Source: Minisyncoccia bacterium (GTDB taxonomy: Bacteria; Patescibacteriota; Minisyncoccia; Phycocordibacterales; PALSA-1337). From it: a stretch of DNA of 64,000 nt. The stretch is from the NCBI GenBank assembly GCA_044228445.1, contig JBGAUV010000001.1, positions 250,495 through 314,494 of the forward strand. The letters are read 5' to 3'. A model generated the notes under the pieces. That model saw only the letters and a program-made list of their open reading frames with translations, did not search any database and was not told the DNA's origin. Position 1 is the stretch's first letter. Each line of letters opens with the position of its first letter. The translations under genes and the position numbers were made by a program. Shown one piece after another: positions 19,658 through 30,248 of this stretch.

Positions 19658-21517
19658 ATGAATGAAGAAAGAATTACATATTTTGCTCAAACAGACGCTA
19701 GAAATAAAAAGGTTTCCTTTGGAATAAAAGCAAAGGATAGAACTCGTCATGTTTATGTAATAGGAAAAACAGGTATGGGTAAATCAACCCTACTTGAAAA
19801 CATGGCTGTACAAGACATAAAGAATGGTGAAGGAATGGCTTTTATAGATCCACACGGTAAAACAGCAGACTTACTTTTGGAATATGTACCAAAAGAAAGA
19901 ATAAAAGATGTAATATATTTTGCTCCTTTCGATCTAGATCACCCAATATCATTTAATGTGCTTGAAAAAGTAGATGCAGATAAAAGACATCTAGTAGTAT
20001 CAGGTTTGATGAGTACATTTAAAAAGATTTGGAAAGATGCTTGGTCAGCAAGAATGGAATATATTCTTACAAATACACTTTTAGCACTTCTTGAATATCC
20101 AGAAGCAACTTTGCTTGGTGTAAATAGAATGCTTTCAGATAAAGAGTATAGAAAAAAGGTTGTAGCTTCAGTAACTGATCCAGCAGTAAAAACATTTTGG
20201 GTAGAAGAATTTGCAAACTATACAGAACGTATGGCAGCAGAAGCAGTACCTGCAATACAAAATAAAATAGGACAGTTTACAGCAAATGCACTAATTAGAA
20301 ATATGATTGGTCAGCCAAAATCTTCTTTTGATATAAGAAAAGCAATGGATGAAAAGAAGATTATGATTATAAACCTATCAAAAGGTAGAATAGGAGAAAC
20401 AAATGCAAATCTATTGGGAGGTATGCTTATTACAAAAATATATCTAGCAGCACTTTCGCGAGCAGATGTACCTGATAGAGTATTAAAAACACTACCAAAC
20501 TTCTATTTATTCGTAGACGAGTTTCAATCTTTTGCAAATGAATCTTTTGCAGATATTCTATCAGAAGCAAGAAAGTATAAATTGAATCTAACAATAGCCC
20601 ATCAATACATTGAACAAATGGAAGAGGAAGTTAGAGCTGCTGTATTTGGAAACGTCGGAACAATGATTGTATTTCGTGTTGGTTCGTATGATGCTGAGGT
20701 TTTAGAAAAAGAATTTGCTCCGCAGTTTACAGCTGAAGATATTGTAAATCTTGGTTTTGCTCAAATATATTTAAAACTTATGATTGATGGAATAAGTTCA
20801 CTACCATTTTCTGCTACAACACTACCTCCAATTCCACAACCAGAGATTTCAAATGCAGATGAAGTTTTAGCTACTTCCAGAGCACAATTTGCAAAAAATA
20901 GAGATGAAGTTGAAAAGAATATTGCAGATTGGCATGCACCCATTACACCTCCACAAAAGAATAAAATACCAAAACCTCCAGAAAATACAAAAACAGATAA
21001 TTTACATAAAAATCAAGATAATAATCCAGCTCATAATATTCCGAAACCAATTCCTATACCAGTAAAACCACAAATGGAAGTAAATAATATTCCAAAACCT
21101 CATGTTGTTCAAAATCCAACAGTAAATCAAGCACAATTGGATAATAAAAATAACACACAAATACAAAATAACAATCATGGCAATATGGAAAATCATAAAG
21201 TTCATACTGAAGTTAATAATCACAAAACTGAAGAAAAAAAAGATGATTTTATTTCACTTGAAAGTTTAAAGAAACAGGTTACAAATACAGCTCCACAAAG
21301 TCAACACAAACCTCACGAAGTTCATGTAAAAAATGTAAAAGAACAAGATCCAAAAAATGTCAGTGAACTTAGAAATGCTTTAGCTTCAGTACTAAAGAAT
21401 AATAATTTACCTAAAAAAGACGAGGTAGATAAAAAAGAAAAAAATGAGGTAAAAAATGAGGTTCAAAAAGGTGAGGTTTCAGAGGATGTACTAAAACAGG
21501 TACTTAAGGTAGAGTAA
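19658..21517 (+). CDS. TraD/VirD4-like (DUF87/HerA-like) P-loop ATPase with long low-complexity C-terminal tail
   Basis: Walker A GKTGMGKST; LFVDEFQSF Walker B-like; C-terminal 200 aa rich in N, K, P, Q and H. Confidence 0.6.
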   Translation: MNEERITYFAQTDARNKKVSFGIKAKDRTRHVYVIGKTGMGKSTLLENMAVQDIKNGEGMAFIDPHGKTADLLLEYVPKERIKDVIYFAPFDLDHPISFNVLEKVDADKRHLVVSGLMSTFKKIWKDAWSARMEYILTNTLLALLEYPEATLLGVNRMLSDKEYRKKVVASVTDPAVKTFWVEEFANYTERMAAEAVPAIQNKIGQFTANALIRNMIGQPKSSFDIRKAMDEKKIMIINLSKGRIGETNANLLGGMLITKIYLAALSRADVPDRVLKTLPNFYLFVDEFQSFANESFADILSEARKYKLNLTIAHQYIEQMEEEVRAAVFGNVGTMIVFRVGSYDAEVLEKEFAPQFTAEDIVNLGFAQIYLKLMIDGISSLPFSATTLPPIPQPEISNADEVLATSRAQFAKNRDEVEKNIADWHAPITPPQKNKIPKPPENTKTDNLHKNQDNNPAHNIPKPIPIPVKPQMEVNNIPKPHVVQNPTVNQAQLDNKNNTQIQNNNHGNMENHKVHTEVNNHKTEEKKDDFISLESLKKQVTNTAPQSQHKPHEVHVKNVKEQDPKNVSELRNALASVLKNNNLPKKDEVDKKEKNEVKNEVQKGEVSEDVLKQVLKVE

Positions 21518-21521
21518 ATAC

Positions 21522-22727
21522 ATGGAAAAGGGGTTAAATACAGAGAAAAAGAGCAAAATACTGGTCTTTTCAGTAGCTTATTATCCTTATCTAATAGGAG
21601 GTGCCGAACTAGCGCTAAAAGAGATAACAGACAGAATCGGTGGAGATATGGATATTGATATGATTACTCTATATGCCGGAGAATCAAGATTGGAAAGAAT
21701 AGGGAATATAAATGTATATAGAGTTGGTCCAAAGATAAAATTAGTAAATGGAAAAATAACTCACATTCCTCTTTATGTGAAGTTATTGTATATGTTTTTT
21801 GCTTTCATAAAATCTTTATCACTCGAAAGACAAAAGAATTATGATTTTATTTGGTCTATGATGGCAAGTTTTTCTGGTTATGTTGCTTTATTTTTCAAAT
21901 TAATTAAACCAAAAAAGAAATTTTTATTAACACTACAGGAAGGTGACTCTCTTGAACATATAGAAAAAGCTATGGGTATTACATATCCAATTGCTAAACC
22001 TTTATATAGAAAAATATTTGAAAAAGCAGATATGATTCAAGCGATTTCAAAATTTCTCGGAGAATTTTCAAGAGATATGGGTTCAAAATGTCCAATTGAA
22101 ATAATTCCAAATGCAGTAGACTATAAACTTTTCTCAATGTCTCAACAGCAAGGTCAAATGAATGCACTTAGATCAGAACTAGGTTTAACAGAGAATGATA
22201 ATGTAATAATTACCACATCAAGATTGGTAATGAAAAATGCTATTGGAGATATTATAGATGCACTTACATATTTACCTTACAATACAAAGCTACTTATACT
22301 TGGTATTGGTTCTCAAGAAAAACTCTTAAAAGAAAAAGTTCAATTATTAAAACTTGATAATAGAGTACAGTTTATTGGTTATGTTCCATATAAAGAAATA
22401 CCACTATATTTAAGTATTTCAAATATATTTATTAGACCAAGTATATCAGAAGGTTTCGGTAATTCTTTTATTGAAGCAATGGCATCTGGAATACCAGTAA
22501 TAGCAACACCTGTAGGAGGAATAGTTGATTTTCTTTTTGATAATGAAACAGGTTTCTTTTGTAAGGTAAAAGATCCAAAAAGCATAGCTGATAAAATAGA
22601 CTATATAACTAACAATGTTGAAATAAGAGAAAAAGTAATAAAGAATGCAAAGAAAATGGTTAGTGAAAAATATGATTGGGATAAAATTGCTCAAGATATG
22701 AAGGTTAAAGTAATAGAAAAAATGTAA
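21522..22727 (+). CDS. Glycosyltransferase family 4
   Basis: GFGNSFIEAMASGIPVIATPVGG C-terminal GT-B motif. Confidence 0.8.
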   Translation: MEKGLNTEKKSKILVFSVAYYPYLIGGAELALKEITDRIGGDMDIDMITLYAGESRLERIGNINVYRVGPKIKLVNGKITHIPLYVKLLYMFFAFIKSLSLERQKNYDFIWSMMASFSGYVALFFKLIKPKKKFLLTLQEGDSLEHIEKAMGITYPIAKPLYRKIFEKADMIQAISKFLGEFSRDMGSKCPIEIIPNAVDYKLFSMSQQQGQMNALRSELGLTENDNVIITTSRLVMKNAIGDIIDALTYLPYNTKLLILGIGSQEKLLKEKVQLLKLDNRVQFIGYVPYKEIPLYLSISNIFIRPSISEGFGNSFIEAMASGIPVIATPVGGIVDFLFDNETGFFCKVKDPKSIADKIDYITNNVEIREKVIKNAKKMVSEKYDWDKIAQDMKVKVIEKM

Positions 22728-23762
22728 ATGAAAATATTAATATCTACAGGTATATATCCACCAAAGACTTCCGGTCCAGCACAATATGCAAAAAACATGC
22801 ATGATATTTGGACTAGTTCTGGGTATGATGTAAAGGTAAAAACATACGATATAGAAAATAAACTACCAAGTGGTATAAGACATTTATATTATTTCTTTAA
22901 AATATTACCTAGTGTTATAAAATCAGACTTTGTATTTACACTTGATACTTTCAGTGTAGGTTTACCAACCGCAATGGCTTGTGCTTTATTCAATAAAAAA
23001 TTTATCATTCGTACAGGCGGAGATTTCCTATGGGAAGGATATGTTGAAAGGACAGGTGATCTTGTTTTATTAAAAGATTTCTATAAAACAAGAATAGATA
23101 ATTTAAATTTAAAAGAAAAAATAATATTTAATCTTACAAAATGGGTTTTAAATAAAACTGATATTCTAATATTCAGTACAGAATGGCAAAAAGATATATT
23201 TATGGAGCCATATGAACTTCAAAAGAAAGACAATGATGGAAAAATTAAAATTGTAGAAAATAGATATGGAGAAAAGGAAATAAATGATACACAGAGTTTT
23301 GATACAATAAAGAATTTTGATTTTATTGCTAGCACTAGAGTTTTGAAATGGAAGAATATAGATTTCTTAAAAAAAATATTTGATAGTGAAGAATTGAAAT
23401 CAAAAGGTGTAAGACTTATAACTCAAGAAATGAAATATGATGATTTTATGAATGCTATGAAAAAGTCATACGCAACTATACTTATATCTTTAGGTGATAT
23501 AAGTCCTCATATGATACTTGATTCTATTAGATTAAATAAACCTTTTATAATTACACAAGAAAACGGTCTCTTAAATAGAATAGAAAGAATTGCTTTAAAA
23601 GTTGATCCAAAGGATGAAAATGATATAAAAAATAAAATAAATTATTTATTAGATAAGACAAACTATGATCGCCAAGTTTCACTTATAAAATCTTTTGATT
23701 TCAAGAGAACTTGGGAAGAAATATCAAAAGAGATTTTAGAAATAGTAAAAAATATTAAATAA
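22728..23762 (+). CDS. Glycosyltransferase-like protein (GT-B fold)
   Basis: N-terminus resembles the GT4 N-domain; no clear EX7E motif. Confidence 0.45.
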   Translation: MKILISTGIYPPKTSGPAQYAKNMHDIWTSSGYDVKVKTYDIENKLPSGIRHLYYFFKILPSVIKSDFVFTLDTFSVGLPTAMACALFNKKFIIRTGGDFLWEGYVERTGDLVLLKDFYKTRIDNLNLKEKIIFNLTKWVLNKTDILIFSTEWQKDIFMEPYELQKKDNDGKIKIVENRYGEKEINDTQSFDTIKNFDFIASTRVLKWKNIDFLKKIFDSEELKSKGVRLITQEMKYDDFMNAMKKSYATILISLGDISPHMILDSIRLNKPFIITQENGLLNRIERIALKVDPKDENDIKNKINYLLDKTNYDRQVSLIKSFDFKRTWEEISKEILEIVKNIK

Positions 23763-23763
23763 T

Positions 23764-24744
23764 ATGAAGCTATTATCAATTTCAACAGATAGAAAAATAT
23801 TTGATAAAAATAGTGCAGTAGCATTAAGACAAATTGAATATGCAAAAAGTTATGAAGAAATGCATATTATTGTTTTTAGTGATAAAAGCTATAGTGAAAT
23901 ATCACTAGCACCAAATATTTGGGTTTATCCAAGTCATTCTAGCAATAGATGGATGTATATATTCGATGCTTTAAAACTCGGTAGATTTATCGTTGAAAAA
24001 AGAAATATTGATAATATAACTTGTCAGGATCCATTTGAAACAGGTTTGGTTGGAGCACTTATAAAAAGTCGACATAATGTAAAACTTGAAATTCAAATTC
24101 ATACTGATTTAGGAAATAAATATTTTAGAAATTTTAATACTTTAAATAAAATTAGATCAATTATTTCAAACTTTGTTTTACCTAGAGCAGATCATGTTAG
24201 GGTAGTATCAAATAGAATAAAGGATTACGTTAAGAGATATATTGATGAAACGAAGATAGAAATAAGACCTATTAAAGTCGATATAGATAAAATAGAAAAT
24301 ACTCCAATCAGTGTTGATTTACATAAAAAATATCCACAATTTGAGAAAATTGTTCTAATGGCTAGTAGAATAGAAAAAGAAAAAAATATAGATATGGCTA
24401 TTAGATCTTTTTCTGTATTATCAAAAATGCGACAAAATGTCGGTCTTATAATAGTTGGAAGTGGTAAAGAGAAAGAATACTTAAAAAATTTAGCAAAAGA
24501 ACTTTGTATAGAAAAACTTGTAATATTTGAAGATTGGAATGATGATATTGTATCTTACTATAAAACTTGTGATATATTTCTACTAACTTCATGGTATGAA
24601 GGGTATGGTATGTCACTAGTTGAAGCTCAAGCTTGCGGGGCAAAAGTAGTTTCAACTGATGTGGGTATTGCAAAAGAATTGGCAATAAAGACTGTTAAAT
24701 ATAATGAAGATTCTATAGCTTGGGGAATAATGGAATATCTTTAG
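23764..24744 (+). CDS. Glycosyltransferase family 4
   Basis: EGYGMSLVEAQACGAKVVSTDVG. Confidence 0.75.
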   Translation: MKLLSISTDRKIFDKNSAVALRQIEYAKSYEEMHIIVFSDKSYSEISLAPNIWVYPSHSSNRWMYIFDALKLGRFIVEKRNIDNITCQDPFETGLVGALIKSRHNVKLEIQIHTDLGNKYFRNFNTLNKIRSIISNFVLPRADHVRVVSNRIKDYVKRYIDETKIEIRPIKVDIDKIENTPISVDLHKKYPQFEKIVLMASRIEKEKNIDMAIRSFSVLSKMRQNVGLIIVGSGKEKEYLKNLAKELCIEKLVIFEDWNDDIVSYYKTCDIFLLTSWYEGYGMSLVEAQACGAKVVSTDVGIAKELAIKTVKYNEDSIAWGIMEYL

Positions 24745-24763
24745 TTTTTTAGTATAAATTTTA

Positions 24764-26251
24764 ATGAAAAAAATACTGAATAATACAATAATTAAATATT
24801 TAATTTCAGGCAGTACATCTGCTTTTATTGACTTATTTATTTTACATTTACTTGATACATATACAGGATTTCATTATCTTATAAGTGTAAATATTGCTTT
24901 TCTTTGTGCATTTTTTATGAGTTTCTTTTTGCAAAAGTATTGGACTTTTAGTGATAAGACTCAAGGAAGAACAAAAGTGCAAATGATAATGTATTTTACA
25001 ATTTCTGTAATAAATGTTTTTGTAAATAGTTTTTTAATTCATGCAATATTAAATAATTTTTCAGTTCCAAGTATATTTTTATTAAGACCAGTTGTAATCG
25101 CTCAGATAATTGCAGCTTTCTTTGTTGCTACAGAGTCTTTCTTTATATATAGATATTTAATTTTCAAGAAAAAGCATGTATTTGAAAATAGTAAAAGAGA
25201 TAAAGATATATTAATAATTACTCAAAAAATAGATAAGAATGATAGTTATTTTGGTTTCTTCCATGATTGGGTAGTTGAATTTGCAAAGAATTGCAATAAG
25301 GTAAATATAATTTCTTTAGAAACATATAGTTACGATTTTCCTTCAAATGTTAGTGTATTTTCACTTGGTAAAGAAAATTATAAAAGTAAGTTTAATTATT
25401 TAAAAAATCTATATAAATATATTTATAAATATAGGGACAATTATGATGTAGTTCTATGTCATATGAGTCCACTTTATGTTATTGCTGGATATCCAGTTTG
25501 GAAATTATTAAATAAAAGAATTGTACTCTGGTATGTTCATAGATCGGTTGATTTAAAATTGAAAATTGCAAATATTTTAGTAGATAAAGTATTAACTGCT
25601 ACAAAAGAAAGTTATAGAATAAATAGTGAAAAAGTACATTATTTAGGTCAAGCAGTTAATATTGAACATTTCTCAAATAAAATAGGGGAGAGAAAGCCTG
25701 ATGGATATTTCAATATAATTACAGTTGGTAGAATAACTCCAATAAAAAGACTAGATATTTTAGTTGAAGCTATATCAATTCTTGATAAACAAAATGTACC
25801 TGTAAAGTTATTTATTGCAGGAGCTCCAACTGTACAAACTGATCTTGAATATGAAACAAAAATTCAGAAGAAAATAAAAGAATTAAATCTAGATGAAAAA
25901 ATAATATTCTTAGGTCCAGTACCATATATAGATATACCAAAGCATTATTGGAATAGTGATGTATGTGTAAACCTAGCACCAACTGGAGGCCTTGATAAAA
26001 CAGGTTTAGAGGCAATGATGGCAGGTATACCATTAATTACCTCAAATACAGCTTTTGAGGCCCATTTTGGGCAGTTTTCAAAGGATTTGATAGTAAATGA
26101 CCATGATCCACAAGATACAGCTTTTAAACTATTTAATCTATATAATTCAAAGAAATATACATTTATTGGTTTCACTTTGAGAAAAGAAGTTATAAAAAGA
26201 TCTAGTCTCGACAATTTAATAGCTAATATTGTAAAAGAACTTTATATATGA
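24764..26251 (+). CDS. GtrA-like membrane domain fused to a GT4 glycosyltransferase
   Basis: N-terminal 130 aa with 4 TM helices and GtrA-like pattern; C-terminal EAMMAGIPLITSN. Confidence 0.6.
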   Translation: MKKILNNTIIKYLISGSTSAFIDLFILHLLDTYTGFHYLISVNIAFLCAFFMSFFLQKYWTFSDKTQGRTKVQMIMYFTISVINVFVNSFLIHAILNNFSVPSIFLLRPVVIAQIIAAFFVATESFFIYRYLIFKKKHVFENSKRDKDILIITQKIDKNDSYFGFFHDWVVEFAKNCNKVNIISLETYSYDFPSNVSVFSLGKENYKSKFNYLKNLYKYIYKYRDNYDVVLCHMSPLYVIAGYPVWKLLNKRIVLWYVHRSVDLKLKIANILVDKVLTATKESYRINSEKVHYLGQAVNIEHFSNKIGERKPDGYFNIITVGRITPIKRLDILVEAISILDKQNVPVKLFIAGAPTVQTDLEYETKIQKKIKELNLDEKIIFLGPVPYIDIPKHYWNSDVCVNLAPTGGLDKTGLEAMMAGIPLITSNTAFEAHFGQFSKDLIVNDHDPQDTAFKLFNLYNSKKYTFIGFTLRKEVIKRSSLDNLIANIVKELYI

Positions 26252-27312
26252 AAAAGATATGTTTTTTTGGAATATTTGATGAAAATTATTCTAGAAATAG
26301 AGTCTTAATTAAAGGCTTTAAAGAAAATAATTTTGAAGTACATTTTTGTAAAATTGATCCAAATGTTCATAAGGGTTTAAAAAAGTTTTATGAACTATAT
26401 TTACAATATAAAAAGATAAATGAAAATAAATTCGATCATGTTTTAGTTGCTTTTCCGGGACATAGTGTTGTTTGGTTAGCTAGAATATTATTTGGAAAAA
26501 ATATAATATTTGATGCTTTTGTTTCTCTTTATAATTCAAACTATCAAGACAGAAGAAAGTATTTTAAACACTCATTATTTGCTTTCAAAGATAAAATATT
26601 GGATTGGTTTTCAATAAGACTATGTAAATACGTACTTCTAGATACAAATGCTCACATTGATTATTTTGTCGAAAATTATGGTTTAAAAAGAGAAAAAGCA
26701 AAAAGAGTTTTTGTGGGTACTGATGATAGTGTTATGTACCCTAGAAAAATAGAGAATAAAACAAAAGATTTTATCGTCCATTTCCATGGAAGCTTCATAC
26801 CACTTCAAGGAATTGAATATATAATTCACGCTTTTAATTTAATAATTAATAAATATGAAGTTAAAGATATAAAGTTGAGACTTATAGGTAAGGGTCAAGA
26901 AAGTGAAAAAATAAAAAGACTTATAAATAGTTTAAATTTATTCGATAATATTGAACAAATAGATAAGGTTAGTTATGAAACTCTGCCTGAATACATTTGT
27001 AATTCCGGTGTTGCACTAGGTATATTTGGTAAAAATATAAAATCAGATATGGTTATACCAAATAAAGTTTATGAAGCAATAGGTTGTGGTAAGATCTTGA
27101 TAACTTCAAATACAAAAGCTATTAGAGAATTATTAATTGATAAAGTTAATGCTGTATTAGTAGAACAAGGCAATGCAGTAGAATTAGCTCAAGCAATAAT
27201 AGATATAAAACGAAATAATTTAGACATTATAAATATACAAAAAAATGTAGAAATTTTGAGAAAAGAAATATATCCAAAAAATATTGTAAATAATTTAATT
27301 AAAACAATATGA
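26248..27312 (+). CDS. Glycosyltransferase (GT-B, GT4-like)
   Basis: YEAIGCGKILITSN C-terminal motif. Confidence 0.55.
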   Translation: MKKICFFGIFDENYSRNRVLIKGFKENNFEVHFCKIDPNVHKGLKKFYELYLQYKKINENKFDHVLVAFPGHSVVWLARILFGKNIIFDAFVSLYNSNYQDRRKYFKHSLFAFKDKILDWFSIRLCKYVLLDTNAHIDYFVENYGLKREKAKRVFVGTDDSVMYPRKIENKTKDFIVHFHGSFIPLQGIEYIIHAFNLIINKYEVKDIKLRLIGKGQESEKIKRLINSLNLFDNIEQIDKVSYETLPEYICNSGVALGIFGKNIKSDMVIPNKVYEAIGCGKILITSNTKAIRELLIDKVNAVLVEQGNAVELAQAIIDIKRNNLDIINIQKNVEILRKEIYPKNIVNNLIKTI

Positions 27313-28289
27313 TAAAAATATCTTGCATAATTCCACAGATAAAAGACGATTATCTCGTAAATACAGTAATAGATGGACTATCAATTTTAGAACAAGAAAA
27401 TAAAATTGAATGGCTAGTTTCATCATTATCTTATAAGAATACATATATAAAGGAAAAAAATAGACCAAGTTCAATACAAGATTTTATTAATAAAGCTAAA
27501 CAAGCAGATATAATATTATTATTTTGGAGTAAGTCTGGAGTTGATTTAGATTTAATTAAACAAATTAATTGTTTTAATAAGACTATATTTATCGATGGTT
27601 CTGAACTGGGTAGAAATAAAAGATTGGATAAAGATATCGTTCAAAAATTAAATAATCTAACTTGGGAAGGGCAGGGTAAAATAGATCAAGATTTATTAAA
27701 TAAATGCGCTGGATATTTTAGAAGAGAAAAACCATATATAAATGGTATAAAGCCTTTTCCTTTTGGTATTGAAAGAAAATATATAGGTTGGAATAAAAAT
27801 ATAGTAAAGGATATAGACTTTGTATGTATATTTGGACAAGAGCAATATCCACCGCTTAGAAAAAAAGTTAGAAAAATATTGGAAAGTTTTTGTAAGAAAA
27901 ATGAATTAGTTTATGTAACAGAAAAAACTAAAACAAGAGATGAATTTTATAATATTTTAGCTAGAGCAAAAGTTGGAATATCTGTAAGTGGGGGAGGATA
28001 TGATACTGCTAGATTTTGGGAAATACTAGGTAATAATTGTATTTTATTAACTGAAAAGATCGATATATATAATGATGAAGATAAGAGATTGCAATATAAC
28101 AATATATATGAATTCAATAATGAAAATGATTTTGAAGATTTATTAATAAAAATCACTCAGTATTTACGAACTGATTATAATATAAATGATTTGAAAAAAG
28201 ATTATCAAAATATAATAAATAATCATTCAAGTAAAGCCAGAGTAAATGAAATAATTGATTATTGTAAAGATAAGGGTATTATTAAATGA
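27309..28289 (+). CDS. Hypothetical protein in glycan cluster
   Basis: Uninterrupted ORF with start/stop overlaps to its neighbours; weak Rossmann-like GT features. Confidence 0.4.
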   Translation: MIKISCIIPQIKDDYLVNTVIDGLSILEQENKIEWLVSSLSYKNTYIKEKNRPSSIQDFINKAKQADIILLFWSKSGVDLDLIKQINCFNKTIFIDGSELGRNKRLDKDIVQKLNNLTWEGQGKIDQDLLNKCAGYFRREKPYINGIKPFPFGIERKYIGWNKNIVKDIDFVCIFGQEQYPPLRKKVRKILESFCKKNELVYVTEKTKTRDEFYNILARAKVGISVSGGGYDTARFWEILGNNCILLTEKIDIYNDEDKRLQYNNIYEFNNENDFEDLLIKITQYLRTDYNINDLKKDYQNIINNHSSKARVNEIIDYCKDKGIIK

Positions 28290-29197
28290 TGGAAAATAAG
28301 TGTACAATATGCGGAAATATATCTAGTTTTCTTTTAAATAAAGACGGTTTTGATCTATATAAATGTAAAAAATGTAGTTTAGTCTTTGTACACCCACAAC
28401 CAAAACAAGATTTTCTAAAAAATGAAGTCTATTCTTTTGAATCAGGTTATCAATCAAATAAAGCCAAAGATCTTTCAAAAGTACCAATTACAAAATCATA
28501 TAAAAAAATATTTGATTATTTAAATAAAAATAATATTAAAGGAAGTATGTTGGATATTGGTTGTTCAAATGGAGAATTTTTATATCATGCAAAAAAATAT
28601 GGTTTTCAAGTTGCAGGAATAGAATTAAATAAACGTACAGCAGAAATAGCAATTCAAAATGGTATTGATATTTTTATAGGTACAATTGAAACAGTAAATT
28701 TAAATCAAAAATATGATTGTATATTTTTAGGAGATATTATTGAACACGTAACTGATCCACAATCTTTTCTAAATAAATGCGTAAGTTTATTAAATAATAA
28801 TAGCCATATAATAATATCTACACCAAATCTCGATTGCTTTTGGTCAAAATCAAGTTTTTTACTATATAAATTATTTAAAATACCTTGGTCTTCACTTACT
28901 CCACCTTATCATTTATTCCAATTTAGTCATGAAAATTTAATTAGTCTTGCTCAAAATAATGGATTAAATTATGTAGATTCTTGGTATACAGGTAGACCAA
29001 GACTTATGTATGAACTCGGTTCATTACATTTGGTCAAAAAGATTAAAAATTCAAAAGGGATTATGAAAGTTTTCTATTTTATTTATACAGTAAAATCTTT
29101 TTTACTTTATTCAATTCTATATTTTATTGCAGATATATTGAGTCTATTTAGGATAACTAAAAGGGATTTTGCTATGGTTATAGTATTTAAGAAATAA
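28286..29197 (+). CDS. Class I SAM-dependent methyltransferase with N-terminal zinc ribbon
   Basis: CTICGN...CKKCS; motif I MLDIGCSNGEF. Confidence 0.75.
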   Translation: MMENKCTICGNISSFLLNKDGFDLYKCKKCSLVFVHPQPKQDFLKNEVYSFESGYQSNKAKDLSKVPITKSYKKIFDYLNKNNIKGSMLDIGCSNGEFLYHAKKYGFQVAGIELNKRTAEIAIQNGIDIFIGTIETVNLNQKYDCIFLGDIIEHVTDPQSFLNKCVSLLNNNSHIIISTPNLDCFWSKSSFLLYKLFKIPWSSLTPPYHLFQFSHENLISLAQNNGLNYVDSWYTGRPRLMYELGSLHLVKKIKNSKGIMKVFYFIYTVKSFLLYSILYFIADILSLFRITKRDFAMVIVFKK

Positions 29198-29198
29198 T

Positions 29199-30248
29199 AT
29201 GGAAAAGATTAAAGTATATATTGGAAAACCATTTGATAAATTACCAATAATAGAAGTTTTATCTGCGCCACCAAGGTTGGTAAAAGATAAAAATATATTT
29301 GAAGAGAAAGATCTATTTTCTTCAAGTGAAGGCTATGTTGAAATTGTAAATAATCCCGAAGAGTGTGAATATTTCCTATTACCACATTCATATAACTTTA
29401 TCTCAAATAATAAAAATTACATTAGGGACTTTGAAGATTTAGCAAATAAATATAATAAAAAGATTATAGTTTTTCTTTTAGGTGATTCAAATGAAAAAAT
29501 TTATTTTAAGTCTTCTATTATATTTAGAATGTCTCAATACAAGACAAGTTTAAATAAAAATGAGTTTATAATGCCTGCTTATGCTCAAGACTTGGGTGGT
29601 TTATATGGGGTAAATTATAAAGATAAGAGTGAAATACCCACAGTTGGCTTTTGTGGTTGGGCAGATGTACCAAGCCCTTATATGAATTTCAAATATAATT
29701 TAAAGTATTTATTTTGGAATATTTCAGGAAAATTTATAAATAAACTCGGCGCTAGAGTTCCAGGAGTTATTTTAAGAGAAAAATTAATTAAAATAATTAA
29801 TTCAAATAAAGATATTAATAAAAATATAATAATTAGAAGATCTTATGGTGGAAGTATAAAAACTATAGGTATACCACCAGTTCAAGCTAGAAAAGAATAT
29901 GTTGAATGTATAAAAAACTCAGATTATTTTCTTTGTCCTAAAGGTGATGGTAATTTTTCAGTTAGATTTTATGAAACTCTTAGTCTAGGTAGAATTCCAG
30001 TGCTTATAGATACTGATATAGAGCTACCTTATCCTGATCTTATTGATTACAATTCTTTTTTAATCAAAATAAATATGAAAGATATTAACAATATTGATAG
30101 TATCATTTTAAATTTTCATGAGGGAATAAATAAAGAACAATTTAAGTCAATACAGAATAAATGCAGACAAGCGTTTGACCAATACCTTAATATTCATGTA
30201 TTCTTTAGGAATGTTCTCAAAAGAGAGTTTTTGGCTAAGATTCACTAA
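29199..30248 (+). CDS. Exostosin-like (GT47-like) glycosyltransferase
   Basis: FLCPKGDGNFSVRFYETLSLGRIPVLID resembles the exostosin C-terminal motif. Confidence 0.5.
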   Translation: MEKIKVYIGKPFDKLPIIEVLSAPPRLVKDKNIFEEKDLFSSSEGYVEIVNNPEECEYFLLPHSYNFISNNKNYIRDFEDLANKYNKKIIVFLLGDSNEKIYFKSSIIFRMSQYKTSLNKNEFIMPAYAQDLGGLYGVNYKDKSEIPTVGFCGWADVPSPYMNFKYNLKYLFWNISGKFINKLGARVPGVILREKLIKIINSNKDINKNIIIRRSYGGSIKTIGIPPVQARKEYVECIKNSDYFLCPKGDGNFSVRFYETLSLGRIPVLIDTDIELPYPDLIDYNSFLIKINMKDINNIDSIILNFHEGINKEQFKSIQNKCRQAFDQYLNIHVFFRNVLKREFLAKIH

